Positions 8,301-20,000 of a stretch of DNA of 64,000 nucleotides are shown piece after piece. Position 1 is the first letter of the stretch. Each line of letters opens with the position of its first letter. The notes beneath the pieces are model-generated. The model worked only from the letters and a program-made list of their open reading frames with translations. It was not told the DNA's origin and made no database searches. Source of the stretch: a virus. Position numbers and translations under genes: made by a program. The DNA is taken from the IMG/VR virus record IMGVR_UViG_3300032050_000075, positions 16,960 through 80,959 of that record; one strand, written 5' to 3'.

Positions 8301-11051
8301 CTTTTTAATTTCATCTGTAATTCTTTTTTGTTCAGCATAAAAGCTATCCTTAATTACAGTTCTAGTATTCTTTTCAATCCACTTATTTCTAAGTTTCATA
8401 AATGGTACACCCCATTTCTCGTAGCCTTGGTCAATAAGTGACTGCTCATATAGAGCAAGAGAATTAGTAAATAGTTCTGGAATTAGAGTATTATCATACA
8501 AGTCCTTAGAACTATTTCTAAACTCTCGTAATCTTTCTGCAATTTTAACTCCTTCCTCATCTTTTAATTGACCTGAAGAAGTATAGTTAGAATGCAGCTG
8601 TCTGTATTCTCTCCAAAGATTTGCTAATTCATCCCTAGTATCAAAGTTCTCATTTGTTGTCGAGATACCAATTGATGTGGTAAGATTTTGAATTCTTGAC
8701 AATAACTCGTTTCTAGCAGCTTCTGCTTTTGCACCGATAATATCCCCAGGACCTTGATTAAAGATATTAAATCTCTTATAGTACTCCTCCGTATATGGCG
8801 TATGAAAATACTTTTGTTCGTAGTCTCTTTTTTCTTTCTTAAGTCTTAGAACCTCATCATTGTTTCCTGATGCATATGCCACCTCAGTTGCTGCTCTAAT
8901 TTCAGATTCCAGTCTAGCAATGTCAGATCTATAGTCTTTCCAAGGATTAATAATAGTATTTACATCTTTAGTAACGTATTTACCATCCTTATCTATGCCA
9001 CCTTTCTTATCTCTAAAGGTTGCTCTTCTTCCAAATGCAGCAGGATTAGATTGGTTATAACCAGCAGCCTCAAGTATAGGTTTAACCTCATTAAGGAATG
9101 TATTACCTTTTCTTTGGGATGAGGTAAATACTTCAGTAAGATTATTCTTTACCCATCCAGCAAATCCAAATACAATTGGATCTTGGTTATATACAAAAGC
9201 TTCCATAAAGGAATTAAGGGCATGACCATCACCAAGTCTACCGGTCATTAAGTAATCAATCTTCTCATCGGTAAGATATGCACCGTCTCTATAGCTTTTC
9301 ATTTTTAGAATCTCATAGTTGTGAGATTCAATAGAAGACATTGGTAGTCCTTTATCTTTCTTATTTTTAAGATCAAGGAATTCAGAAAGTTCTGGTCCTT
9401 CAAGACCCCAATAGTCTTTTTGTTTCTGGGCTATAATACTTGCAGGAGCATTTCTTCTACGGAGATCCTCCATAATCTGGTCATACTTATCATCAATAGC
9501 AGTTTTCATCGGTGCTATCTGAGACTTGAGAACCTGAGATACACCTTCAGTATATACTTTGTTTGCTGTCTTCTGTGCGTTGGATATCTTTCTTCTGATA
9601 CCTCCGACTAAGGATATAATAGGATTATCAGGTTTAATTGCTCCTGCCTGTAGTTCATTGTTAATGGTAGTCTCCATACCATTTAAGAACTCATCCCATG
9701 AATTCATAATGTTGTTAAAGTAAAATACCTTAGCTACATTATCTTGGGAATTCATATCCTTCACAAGATTGATGAGTTCAGTATGCACTCTATCAGTCAT
9801 TACATTCAGACGCAATAAACTATCAAGAAATGCTTTAGTGTGTTGCTTAGCAAATTCAGCATCCTGTTGAAGTCTTGTCATTTCATTTACCAAGTATACA
9901 TTCTTACTTTGGTAAGGTGCTAAGCTTTCGTAAATCTCCCTAAGGTCAGACCTCTGGTACAAATCTTTAAGGATTTGTTCCATTGCCTTATAATCCTTAT
10001 TATTTTTTATAAGCTGGATATGACCAGAGATCATACTAAATAACTCATCAGTTGAGTTTTGCAAAGTATTCTGTGATACTTTTTCCATTGACTCAATCAA
10101 GTTATCATACTCGGTCATGTAAGCAGCTATGTCTTCACGAGTAATAGATTTTGTATCTATATCAAACTCTTCCATCATCAGCATATCTGCAAGCTCCCCA
10201 ATAGTAGTATTAGGATTAAGTTTTTCAACTTTTACTTTTCCGAATACTCTACGTAGAAGTTGCTTGATTGCATACAACAGATTGGAAATGAACTTGTTAA
10301 ATGCAGAATCAGATGTATCTGTTGCTGCCTGAGTTAAAGCCATAACCAATACTTCCTCCATTATGATTGGATCATTTGGTGCAGCAGAAGGATAAGCTTT
10401 CTTTGAACGGTCAAGTAATTCTTGACCCTTCGATGTAGCCATTACCTGTTTATAGAGGCTATTAAATAGTTCAGGATTGGCTGTTGCAATTGCTCTTACT
10501 AAAGGATGAGCAAATTCATGGAAGACAGACTTCTCTGTTGCTAGTTCTGGTAAGATATAAATGGTATCTCCGAAATAAAATGCAGGTTGTCCAGACCAAA
10601 CATTCACATCTTTAGTAATCTCTTGTGCTTCAGCAGCAGTAACAAACTGATAGGGTACGCCTAAATTACTACTTAGTTTTTCTGCAATAGCATTTATAAT
10701 GGCACGACCTTTAAGATTTGACTGAGATTCAGTGTCAATCTGCAGACCTTCTCTTATAACCTTATACCAAGGGAATGCATTCTCTATATCAACAAAATAA
10801 TCCTTAGAACCTACCGGAGCTTCTGTCACGGTTTGCCTATCAGGAGAGTTAATGAAGATATTATAATCATCCATTATTTTATTGAACTCATCACTAGTCG
10901 GCATAGTAGGTTCTTCCCCTGGCTTAAGGCTAGAGTTATGAATCATATATGCTCTCAATGCCTGACTTACAGCAGATCTTTCAGGTATACCTACGGATAT
11001 AGCATGTTCTACTAATGGTTCAAATTCTGATGGTATCGGACAAGAGTTCAT
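5319..11051 (-). CDS. giant internal virion/ejection protein (1910 aa) with N-terminal zincin-like domain and C-terminal hydrophobic helix
   Basis: VFHEFAH (HExxH) plus downstream EE; hydrophobic VAYLILFSMAISMIFG; adjacent to vRNAP as in crAss-like phages; single Cys at position 4. Confidence 0.75.
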   Translation of the reverse strand: MNSCPIPSEFEPLVEHAISVGIPERSAVSQALRAYMIHNSSLKPGEEPTMPTSDEFNKIMDDYNIFINSPDRQTVTEAPVGSKDYFVDIENAFPWYKVIREGLQIDTESQSNLKGRAIINAIAEKLSSNLGVPYQFVTAAEAQEITKDVNVWSGQPAFYFGDTIYILPELATEKSVFHEFAHPLVRAIATANPELFNSLYKQVMATSKGQELLDRSKKAYPSAAPNDPIIMEEVLVMALTQAATDTSDSAFNKFISNLLYAIKQLLRRVFGKVKVEKLNPNTTIGELADMLMMEEFDIDTKSITREDIAAYMTEYDNLIESMEKVSQNTLQNSTDELFSMISGHIQLIKNNKDYKAMEQILKDLYQRSDLREIYESLAPYQSKNVYLVNEMTRLQQDAEFAKQHTKAFLDSLLRLNVMTDRVHTELINLVKDMNSQDNVAKVFYFNNIMNSWDEFLNGMETTINNELQAGAIKPDNPIISLVGGIRRKISNAQKTANKVYTEGVSQVLKSQIAPMKTAIDDKYDQIMEDLRRRNAPASIIAQKQKDYWGLEGPELSEFLDLKNKKDKGLPMSSIESHNYEILKMKSYRDGAYLTDEKIDYLMTGRLGDGHALNSFMEAFVYNQDPIVFGFAGWVKNNLTEVFTSSQRKGNTFLNEVKPILEAAGYNQSNPAAFGRRATFRDKKGGIDKDGKYVTKDVNTIINPWKDYRSDIARLESEIRAATEVAYASGNNDEVLRLKKEKRDYEQKYFHTPYTEEYYKRFNIFNQGPGDIIGAKAEAARNELLSRIQNLTTSIGISTTNENFDTRDELANLWREYRQLHSNYTSSGQLKDEEGVKIAERLREFRNSSKDLYDNTLIPELFTNSLALYEQSLIDQGYEKWGVPFMKLRNKWIEKNTRTVIKDSFYAEQKRITDEIKKITSKLPKNLQADYDISKHYEKLLQLMNPYRDEDNQPEATAMDLRNIEAIKETQELINLAKENLPKLTGLTELEHVTLSNYYEKLSEGEPVTQEERDEVKVLLDKKSQFGLSKEDKTKLYQLYSELGELQQSYPTDYYMDMFNNYLSLVDMNLLESNFDMKDLTMDTADRVLNMDFYNTIVSTNPEFKEWFDKNHIIKTVTDKFGVKTRKIERVKAWSVVRPKNIQYYEIFSFTNSLGQDEAIVGMPNHLYYERTVRQKFVTKPVSVLEAIEQGDITKANIDNKGNWLPRLDIDDKKYVNEKFFNIRNTDKNLYNAIIALTKWHFTFQENSPNNSKLGFDIPRYRKEGYESRMEYFTAEGKLENPISRWWRRIRSLWKPAADDADEGYNFKDQMMMMDGEVYNDENAGIPITGLSALEADDVSLDLTYGMLKFMIASEKQRKLVEMNPMARALQMVMRGSEDAINEFKNINKRTQKNNSPWSLVGEKTTLGKSKGKSIRETAIDNFIEREFEGVVRKGVLGKDKDNHWINKAVDNIMKLSAFGYFAMDVPSALKNSFSARIQSIQEAAGGQYYNMTNYAKGVAWSNKTMWEISLNVNKFGPKSHDEQLVEIFDAYQGRFEEKFADHGSRSLTKDALGGLTWMTSFRKWTELNSSLSIFGAMMHHEKNVTQTINGVTKRIAYIDAWETVDNQIRLKEGVDPEWGINGVKFKAFKNKVQGVNNNLNGSFAKFDYAEADKFMAFRFIIAFKRWFIRMFLNRYQFRGSIRNPKYRYDAAVGDTVMGFHVEAMRALFRGIQSRGEYFSFLSPSEKAALYKTTADVAYLILFSMAISMIFGFDEDDEDKFEKLRNRSGPLPFFGVSENEADFKLGGWLTNHALLMTMQLKNETVQWLPLPGLGADNYLEILKLDAIAMKNTLDNYKKMGGALGLVAGNALFGIDDTKAYWDQREGPYSWMQEGEEGSKAISYFFRSFGVTGKSLDPAQATTNWVKSSNWR

Positions 11052-14000
11052 TACGCTAATTTACAAGATTTTTTAAGGTCAAATATTTCTTCATCTGTTA
11101 CAGGCTGCCTAGACTGTACAATTCTTCTACCCTGAAGTGTCTTTAAGTAATTAGGATTTAGGTATCCGAATTTCTCAAATAACTGCTGCGAAAGATAGTT
11201 AAAAGTTTCTGGAGCTGATGGTTCAAAATCTGGTTTTTCTTTAAGCGGTAAGTACTCATTATATCCAGCCATATATTGACCATAACCGTTAGCATCAAAT
11301 AATAATTCATAACCCTCAGCTTGCTTGCTTTTTAACTCATTGATCATTGCATCAATCATTTCCTTGTTTTGCTCTAGGGTATCGTCAGTAAACATTAGTT
11401 TTTTGTCTTGTTTACCAGCACGAGTAGTAGGCATTGAACCTTTTTTAGTTATAATACCGTAGGCATATTCTCCCATTGCTCTATAAGCTGAGTTGTTGCC
11501 CTGTGCATTTTTAGTTCTTCCGTCTATCTCATTAAATACAACAAGTTGTTTATCAGTGCTTTGTGCAAGAACACTAGCAAACTCCTTCATTATAGCTTCC
11601 GTGAGATTTTTATCTCCAGTTGAAAACTGTGTACTATTAGTTAAGTTATCTTTTACTAGTGTAAATTTATCTAATTCAATACTCATCTTTCCACTAGGAG
11701 CATCAAGATCAATATACTCTTTTGTGTATCGTCGATATGTGGTTATTTCATCAATAGATTTAGCAAAGGCTTTTACTTTTACCTTCAGAGCCTTATTACC
11801 TTCTTCAGAATACTGTGCTTCAAATAAACTATCGTATAAATCTAATGGGCTAGCATCAGGATTAGCTAAGAACTGCTCATATGGTTCCTTAACTAGATTA
11901 AGATAACTTTCGTTTGATACAAATGGAATCAGACTAAATGTGCTTGCAGTATCAATACCGGACTGAAGTAATGCAAAGTGTGTCATTTTCTGAAACAAAT
12001 TGCTTAGTAGGGCATTTTCAAAAGAATCTTTTACCTTTCTTACTGTAGCATCTGAAAGCTCTTGTAGATTGTCATACAGTCTTTCTATATCTTTTCCTTT
12101 TGGTCTTCCCCCAATTCTAAGGTTAGATATTTCTGTATTTCCGTATCTAGTATTAACAATCTCCAAGTCACTAAGGAACTGGTACTTTTCAAACAGTTCT
12201 GGATTAGTATCTTTCAGAGCCATGATTTGCTTAGCATATGCTCTCTTGCCAAAGAACATATGCCCATGGTAATTCAAACCATCTAATGTTCTATCTCTAA
12301 GAACCATCTCATATGCTTTGAAATCTGCATTTGCATCCCCAGTAAATTCTTTTTTATACTCAAAGAATTCTTTGGTCTTAGATATGTTTTCAAAACTATT
12401 AGTAGCTATTGATCTATTGATCTCTCTTTGGTATGTGTACTTATAATATAATCCCTCTGCAACATCTTTATCGTATAGAGATAAAACTGTTGGATCTATA
12501 GGTGCAATTGCATATCCCCAGGCTTGTCCTGATTTATATTTTTCAGAATTAAATATCTCTTTAATTTTTGCCCTATCTACATAAAGTACACCGTCCTTTA
12601 CAAAAGCACCATTATTAAGTGATTTTACTTCTTGAATATCATAAGTAAGATCTACGCCATTATATGTTTTTGCATTTGGGTCAAACTTATAGTAGTTCTG
12701 CTGAAAGATAAACGAAATAAGATCTGATCTATATTTATTGATTACATCCTCATCATCTGCCATACCTATTCTTTTCTTGAGTGTTGACAGCTTTTGTCTA
12801 AAATTCTTATCCCGTGCCAATAAAGCAGAAGATATATGATTATTTAATTTGTCACCATCTCTTAGCGGGAATATATCTTTGAAAACATCAACAATAAAAT
12901 CTTGAATTTTAAACGCACCCTTAGGAGAGTTATTGATTATCATGTCAATAGACTCCTGTGATATGCCATTTGCCAGGTCATTTAATTCACTGAGTTTTGT
13001 TCTTGCTTCAAACAGTGTAGAGGTTTTACTAGTATCAAAGTTTAACTTCTGTGTAAGATTAGTAACCCCATTTGCCATCTCTTCTATTTCTAGATAATGT
13101 GCAAACACTGCTCTATCTACATCTGTATACTCTTTACTTTTAATATTATCCTCAAGTGCTTTTTCTGAGAAAAGATTTTTGTCCGCACTTTTAGCAATTC
13201 CTTCAATTGTTGGCCATAGCATCCATTTCTTTACCGTACCATCTTTTTCGTAATCTTTTTTAACTAGACCAAACCCAAACTCCTCATCAAATAAAATCTG
13301 ATCTCTTGCCGTAATTCTATAGTATGTGCCTGGATCTTTGATACCAAGCGGTTCATTGAATTTACTACGAAGCATTTTCTGTTTTCTAATGTATTCTCTA
13401 ATTATGGGCTGTGACATAAACAGTGCAACCTGTTTAGCAGGTACACCAGCCTGAATCATAAATACAATTTTAGAAATAGCCTCTTTATCAGCCTGCAAAT
13501 CAAAGATCCAATCATCCTTAGCAACGTCTACAGAACCATTAATCATTTGACTAATTAAGTCTGAAATTTTATCAATACCATCAGCAGAGTATAAACTAGA
13601 CAATGAGATATTACCATCTATAGTATTGTGTGGTAATTCTAGGGTTTGTCTACCATATACATTTCCTGATTCAGTACTTGTTACAACTCTTTCAGGAAGT
13701 AAGACAAGACCTGTTCTATTAAATATTGTACTGAAGGTATTATTAACTGCAATAATTCCTAGAATCATCTTACCAATATTGTTGGATTGATGCTTCTCCA
13801 GGTTAACCTCTGATTCAAAAATATCTGTTGCAGATCTCTTTTGTTTTTTACCTTTTAGTTTTTCAGCAATCTGTTCTGCAATATCCTTTAGAGTGATTGT
13901 TGTATTAGGAGTTACAAGAGAAAGGAAGTTATCTTCTTTCTCCAAAATTTCTTTTGTAATAAATAAGATATCATTTTCAACCCCATTGATTGTATCTCCT

Positions 14001-17000
14001 GTTTCAATCTGTGCTACACCATCCTCGTCAACTTTAATATTTGGGAATAGCGTAAACATCTTATCAATGTCAAAGTCACCACCAGTCTTACCTACAATTT
14101 CTGCGGGGAGTATAATGATATTACCAGATGATTCGGGTAAGAATTCGGCAATCTCCATAAACTCCATTGAGTTTAATCCCTGAGTCGGAATCCTTACTGC
14201 AACAGATGTAATAAGGTTTCTATTATTATTTACCCATTCCTCATCCTTAAGGCGCATATTTAATGCATCTAATGGGGATATATCTTGTTCTCTAGCCAAG
14301 GTTCTTACATCCTCTAGTCTAAGGAGTTCTTTAAACTTACCCTGCATTGCAATTTTTATTTGCATTGCCTGTGTTTTTCCATCCTTTAGGTCATAGAATC
14401 TCAATCCTCTTTGGCCATATTTTTTTGCTTCTTCTTTAGACGGCTTACGGAAATTAGCTTTTTCAAATCCAGTACCTGCAACTTGTACAAGACTTTCACC
14501 ATTTACTTTTTGGTTTATTAAGTTCTTTTGTACAACAGCAACAAGACCTCTCTCAATGCTATCTGCCATTAGAGAAAGATCTAAGCTATTCTTGAATTTA
14601 TTCTTTTGCTCATCAAAATCTACAAATTCAATACTATGTTCGGCCATTTCTCTTCTAGTAAGTTCCCTTCTAATGAACTTAACTAGATCTATTGGATTGG
14701 TTCCAATTTCTTTTTGTAGCTTTTGTTTTTTAAGTTCTACTAACTTTTTTAGTCTAGACTCATATAAGTCAAGTAATCTGTAGTTATTTGAACCTCGCTT
14801 ATTAGTCTCTTCTTTCCACTGCTTAATTCTTTCAAACTTATCCTTAAGTTCTGGTTTCCAGTCAGTTGGAACACCATTCTCCATAAGACCTTCCTCAATC
14901 AATGTTCTCAGCTGAGTTGGGAATGTTACATATCCTTTGTATGCATCATTTACTTCAAGTTGATCTTTAAAGTAATCAAGGAATATATTGTTTTTAGTAA
15001 AGGTGTAGGCAGGATTAGCAAATGCTACAGACTGATCTTTCTCATTAGTATTATCATTATAGAACTTATCTACAGCACCATTATCAGTAATTGTATTGAT
15101 CTTAGACCCGGATTGGAACATTGCGTAGTCTACACCTTGTTCCAACATTCTTTGCTGTAGTATCTCCATATGAGTATCTACAGTAATGTTAGGAATCAAA
15201 GGCATCAAAGAATACTTATGGAATCCATAAACAGGAAGACCATCTGTTGCAAGTGGTCCCCAGTATTGCATCTTTTTAACAGGGAAAAACTGAAGTAATT
15301 CTCTTACATCTACCTGTTCATTATTTATCACCTTAGAATAAAGCTGTTCCTGATAATGTGACCATTTATTAAGTGATAACAGTAAAGATCTATATGCATC
15401 GAAGTTGATCCATCCTTGGCCATCACCTTCTTTCATAGAAGCATAGGCATCATTAAAAATATCCTCAGTCTTTTTTAATGCCTGATTTATTGTATCCTCA
15501 GATAAGTTCAGGTCTCTTAGTCTTGCCTCTTCTTTTTCTTTGGCATACTTAAGATAATCATCTAGATATAATGATCTGGTTGCTGTATCCTGCATTACTG
15601 CAGCAGACATAATTTTGCCAAATGACTTAGGTGTAATACCTAATTTACCGGCTAAAGAATCCTCCCTAAGTTTTTGATTGATGTACTCAATCATATATTT
15701 ATCTGTACGAGGAATGTCTCCTGTAGCAGAGAAACCAGCATTTCTTTTAAAGAATTCGTCTTTACTATGATCATATAATGCAGGGTCACCATAGAACAAA
15801 AGAGTAGACTCATATTTATGTAGCCAGTCATTTGCTGTATAAGCAATAGCTATTGAATCTACAATCTCCTTCTTTCTGTCTCTAGATAGGGTTGTAAGGG
15901 TTTCTGATTTCTCATATCCCTTTTTCTTAGTACGAAGCATTCTCTTAACAAGCTCATCTACAAGCTGATCATTCTGAAAGAAGTTTACTTCATTTAATTT
16001 TTCAGTAATTATATTGCTTCTGCTAAATATATACTCCGTAATTTCTTTTTCAACTGTATTTTTAAGGTCTCGGTTAATTGGGTCATTCAGGTATCTGTAA
16101 AAATTTTCGGCAGTTCTAATACTATTTTCTTTAGCACCTCTAAATGCTTTTAATTTATTCTTAGTAGTATCAGATAAAATTTTATCAAAGATTGCAAACT
16201 GAGTACCTGTCTTGTAATAATTAGATTTACCTACGGTAACTGTTCCTGCAGAATCTCCATCTTCTAGTTTTTGAATACGTTCATATTCACTTGCCAAATA
16301 TTGTACAAGTTGGTTTACGTATTTCTGTACACCTGTAGACATATTTTCTCCAACCGCATCAGAAAAAGAAGCAATATCAATTAAATGAACATTACCTTCT
16401 TCATCTACAACTTTATATAAGTATGTAGTAGACTTATCTGCGTGACGTGTTGCTTCATTGACGCCATATAGCATCATCATAAGCATGTCTTCTAGCCTCT
16501 TAGTAACAGCATCTGCACTAGATGATGCTACTCCAGAATTCTCAACAATACTTTTTACGTTTACTAACTCCCGGCTTACTCCTGACATATTCATCAGTTC
16601 TATTCTAGCCGTAGTCATCTTATTGTTTACAATACCAGTTTTCTTTTTCCCGTTCTTATCAAACAGTCTTCTGAAGAAAGCTGATGTCTTTACAAACGGA
16701 TTACGTCTGCGGGACAAATGATTCATACTTAAATCATCTGCATTGGTCACACCATCCTGAGTAAGTTCAGTTTCAGTATTAGCAGCATTTAACTTAGAGA
16801 TTGTCTGAGAAGCTGAACTTCTTAATGATCTTTCGTACTGGTTCTGGTTCTCCGCATTAGATACAGTAGTGTCAGAAAAGTCGTCAGACCATTTCAATTG
16901 AAACTTCTGAAGATTATTAAAAGTAGCTGTACTTCCTCCAAGTTTTATCTGCGTACTTATTGCTCTTCTTTTTTCAGAATCAGAAGCACCTGGATCCAGA

Positions 17001-20000
17001 CTTATTTTTACTTTAAAGTCTTTTAGAATTTCAGATGGTTTAGTAATTACCAAACGTTTAGTGGGGGAATATTGATTATGATATTCCTGAATTCCCTTTA
17101 GCGTTGTATGAATATTACGAACATCAACAAGCATGTTAGATTCTCTAAATGCTTTCTCGGCAACCTTAGTTGATTCTAACGGCATACCTACGGCCTCCAT
17201 AAACCTGTCAGCATTATCAAATGTAACAACTGGAAAATCTGCTAGTACCTTATCTATATTAAGAGTGTTGACGTTATTCTCATCTACGGTAATATATGGA
17301 CCTGTTGCAATAGCAAATTGGCTATCCCATTTTTTACCAACCTTAGTATATTCTCCAGTAGCCTGAGTAGCCGTTAGGATAACCGTCTTTTTAATCTTAT
17401 CAGAACCTTCGGGTTTACTATTTTCTACCTTTACTCTAAGGCTTACAAGACCAATGCGAGGCATGGTCATAATCTTTTCTATGTCTGACCAAAGTCTAAC
17501 AGAGGAGTTCTCCAGATTAGCAGGACTACCTACCTTATCAATAAACTGTTTTATAATAGGGTAATCAGCAGATGCATCTTGAAGCTTCTTATAGATATCA
17601 TCTACGTTGTTAGACCCTTCAGTAATATTAGTAATCCTATTCCAGCTTCTATTAAAGTCAGCAAGTTTCGGGAAACCAAGCATGTTCTTTTCTACATTAC
17701 CATTAGAGTCATGTGAATGCAGTGTCTTTATAGTATAGAGTAGAGAAGTACCTGCTAATGCCTTCATAGCAGTTTCGTTACCAGCCTTACGGTCAAATTC
17801 ATTACGTTCGTATACATTGACATCCTCAGGCATATCACCAAGTCTATCCTCAAATTCCAAGAATTCTGAAGTCTGACCGTGGTATTTTACAAGACCGAAT
17901 GTGTTGAAGGGGTTGTTACTATCACCAAAGTTGCGTAATGCATATGCAAGCAAACTAATCTTATAGTCAATCTCCTGTCTATCAGCATTAGCATCCATAG
18001 CATTATGCTCTAGTAGGAGTTCTTCTAGCTTATTAGTAAGCTGTTCCTCTACATACTTATATGCAAGGGTTCTTCCTTCCTTATCTAGTAGCAGTGCTCT
18101 AGTAAATGTCTTAGTATTCTCTGCCTGGTTTAGTTTATCAATCAGTTCCCCGATTAATGCATCTGTGCTATCTACTAATAGTTTTGCATCCTGCCTAGAG
18201 ATAGTTCCAGGACCATCCATCAAAGGATCTAATGGTTGTATAGTACTATTAAGTAAAGAGAATTCAGCATTAGCCTGATTAAAGGTGTACTGATTTATAT
18301 CTCCTACTCTTAATTTCTCAAACATCTCACTAATAACAGGGTTACCCATGCTATTATCCTGTACATCCTGTACACTAGTCTTACCAAACAGATAGTTTAG
18401 TATATCTAATAAGAGTTGGAATATCTTGTTTCTTACCGGAGTCTTTTGATTTACCTTCTTACCTTTAGATAGCATAAATTCTCTAAAGTCTTCGGCCAGT
18501 TTCTCTTCTAGTTCTTCTCTGGTAGCATTAGCATATGATACTTCTCTTCCTCTGAAACTCTTAAAGGTTCCTTTATTCTTTCTAGCCTCAGCATATAATG
18601 AATCTCTTTGTTCTTTAGTCAAGAATGTCTGAGTAAAGCCGTGCCATGCTTCATGGTATAGATCTGAGTAGTTAGACCCTTTGTATAGGGTAATGCCGTG
18701 CACATCCCAGGTAGCAATAGATCCTCTAGTCTTAGTATTGACTACATTAAATGCTACAGTAAATGGGATAAACTTAGCAAGAGGACTGTTTTCATACCAT
18801 TCTTTGGCCAGTTTTATCTGCTCTGCAGTAGCCTTGACATTGGTTTGGTCATCAAGTTTGTTACGCAATCTCTTAAGCAAATCATTATTCTTAAGGATCT
18901 TACTTATAGTATCTGCATCACTTGATGATTTACCTTCTTGTTCTTTTACAATTGGTTCAGCCTTTGCAATAACCTCTTCAGTTTTTTTAGGTTGTTTAAA
19001 GTCTGTCTCCTGAATATTTCCTACATACTTATCTCCGATGTATACTTCTACAACATCAAAGAATTCTCTCCCATCCTCAGTAACAACTCTATCTACAAGC
19101 TTTAATGTAGCTTTCTTACTAAGGTCTGATTCATTTATAGGCTCTGCATTTCTATTATAGAAATTAACTACAGTACCATCAGCCTTTATAAATTCAAAAC
19201 GAGTAACACTGTTCTGTGGTCTCTGGATATCTCCTATTACTTCCTCACCTCTAAGTAACTGATCAACTATTGTATCTTTCTTTTCTCTAACTGTAGAATA
19301 AGTTGTAGGTTCTTCTGCTTTAAGTATAGTTTTTCCAATACTCTCCGGTGTAGAAACCAAACTAAAGTATGGATTGTACTGCTTTATAGTTCCATCAGGA
19401 GCAAGTTCTGTTTTTACTTCTGTGACATGGCTCATGTATTCAATAGGAGACATGGCCTTTACTCCAGAAATATATGCGCCACCAGTTCTTTCATCGATTT
19501 CTACGGTATAAAAAGGAACTGCTTCTTCGCTATTAAACTTGTTTGTCAGGAAAGTATATTCACGAAGATTGCCGGTCTTATCTTTTGTAATAGCATTCCT
19601 TACGGCCTGCTCATTATCCAAATCAATAATTTCATTTTTATACTTAAGTACTAATCTATTCTTTTCTGAGTCAGTAGATATGCTTATATCATTAGCAGAC
19701 ATCTTAATATATGTCTGAATGATATTCTTTCTAGTCTCAAGAGATACAGGTTGACCTGCCTGATTAGTAATACTTTTAGTAAGTACATTATAAATAAGAT
19801 TAGTATCTGAATCAGATAGCTTCTTATTCTTCATATACATTAATCCTTTTCCAGAAACAGAAAGATAGAATCCGCCCTTAGAATTTGAAGAACCGGTTGC
19901 CTCAACAATCTGATTCTTATTAAGCAGCATTACCTTCTTAGCAGCACCCTCAAAGTCAATAGTTTTAGGATCTACAAAAGCGGCCTTTTCGTTTACTATT

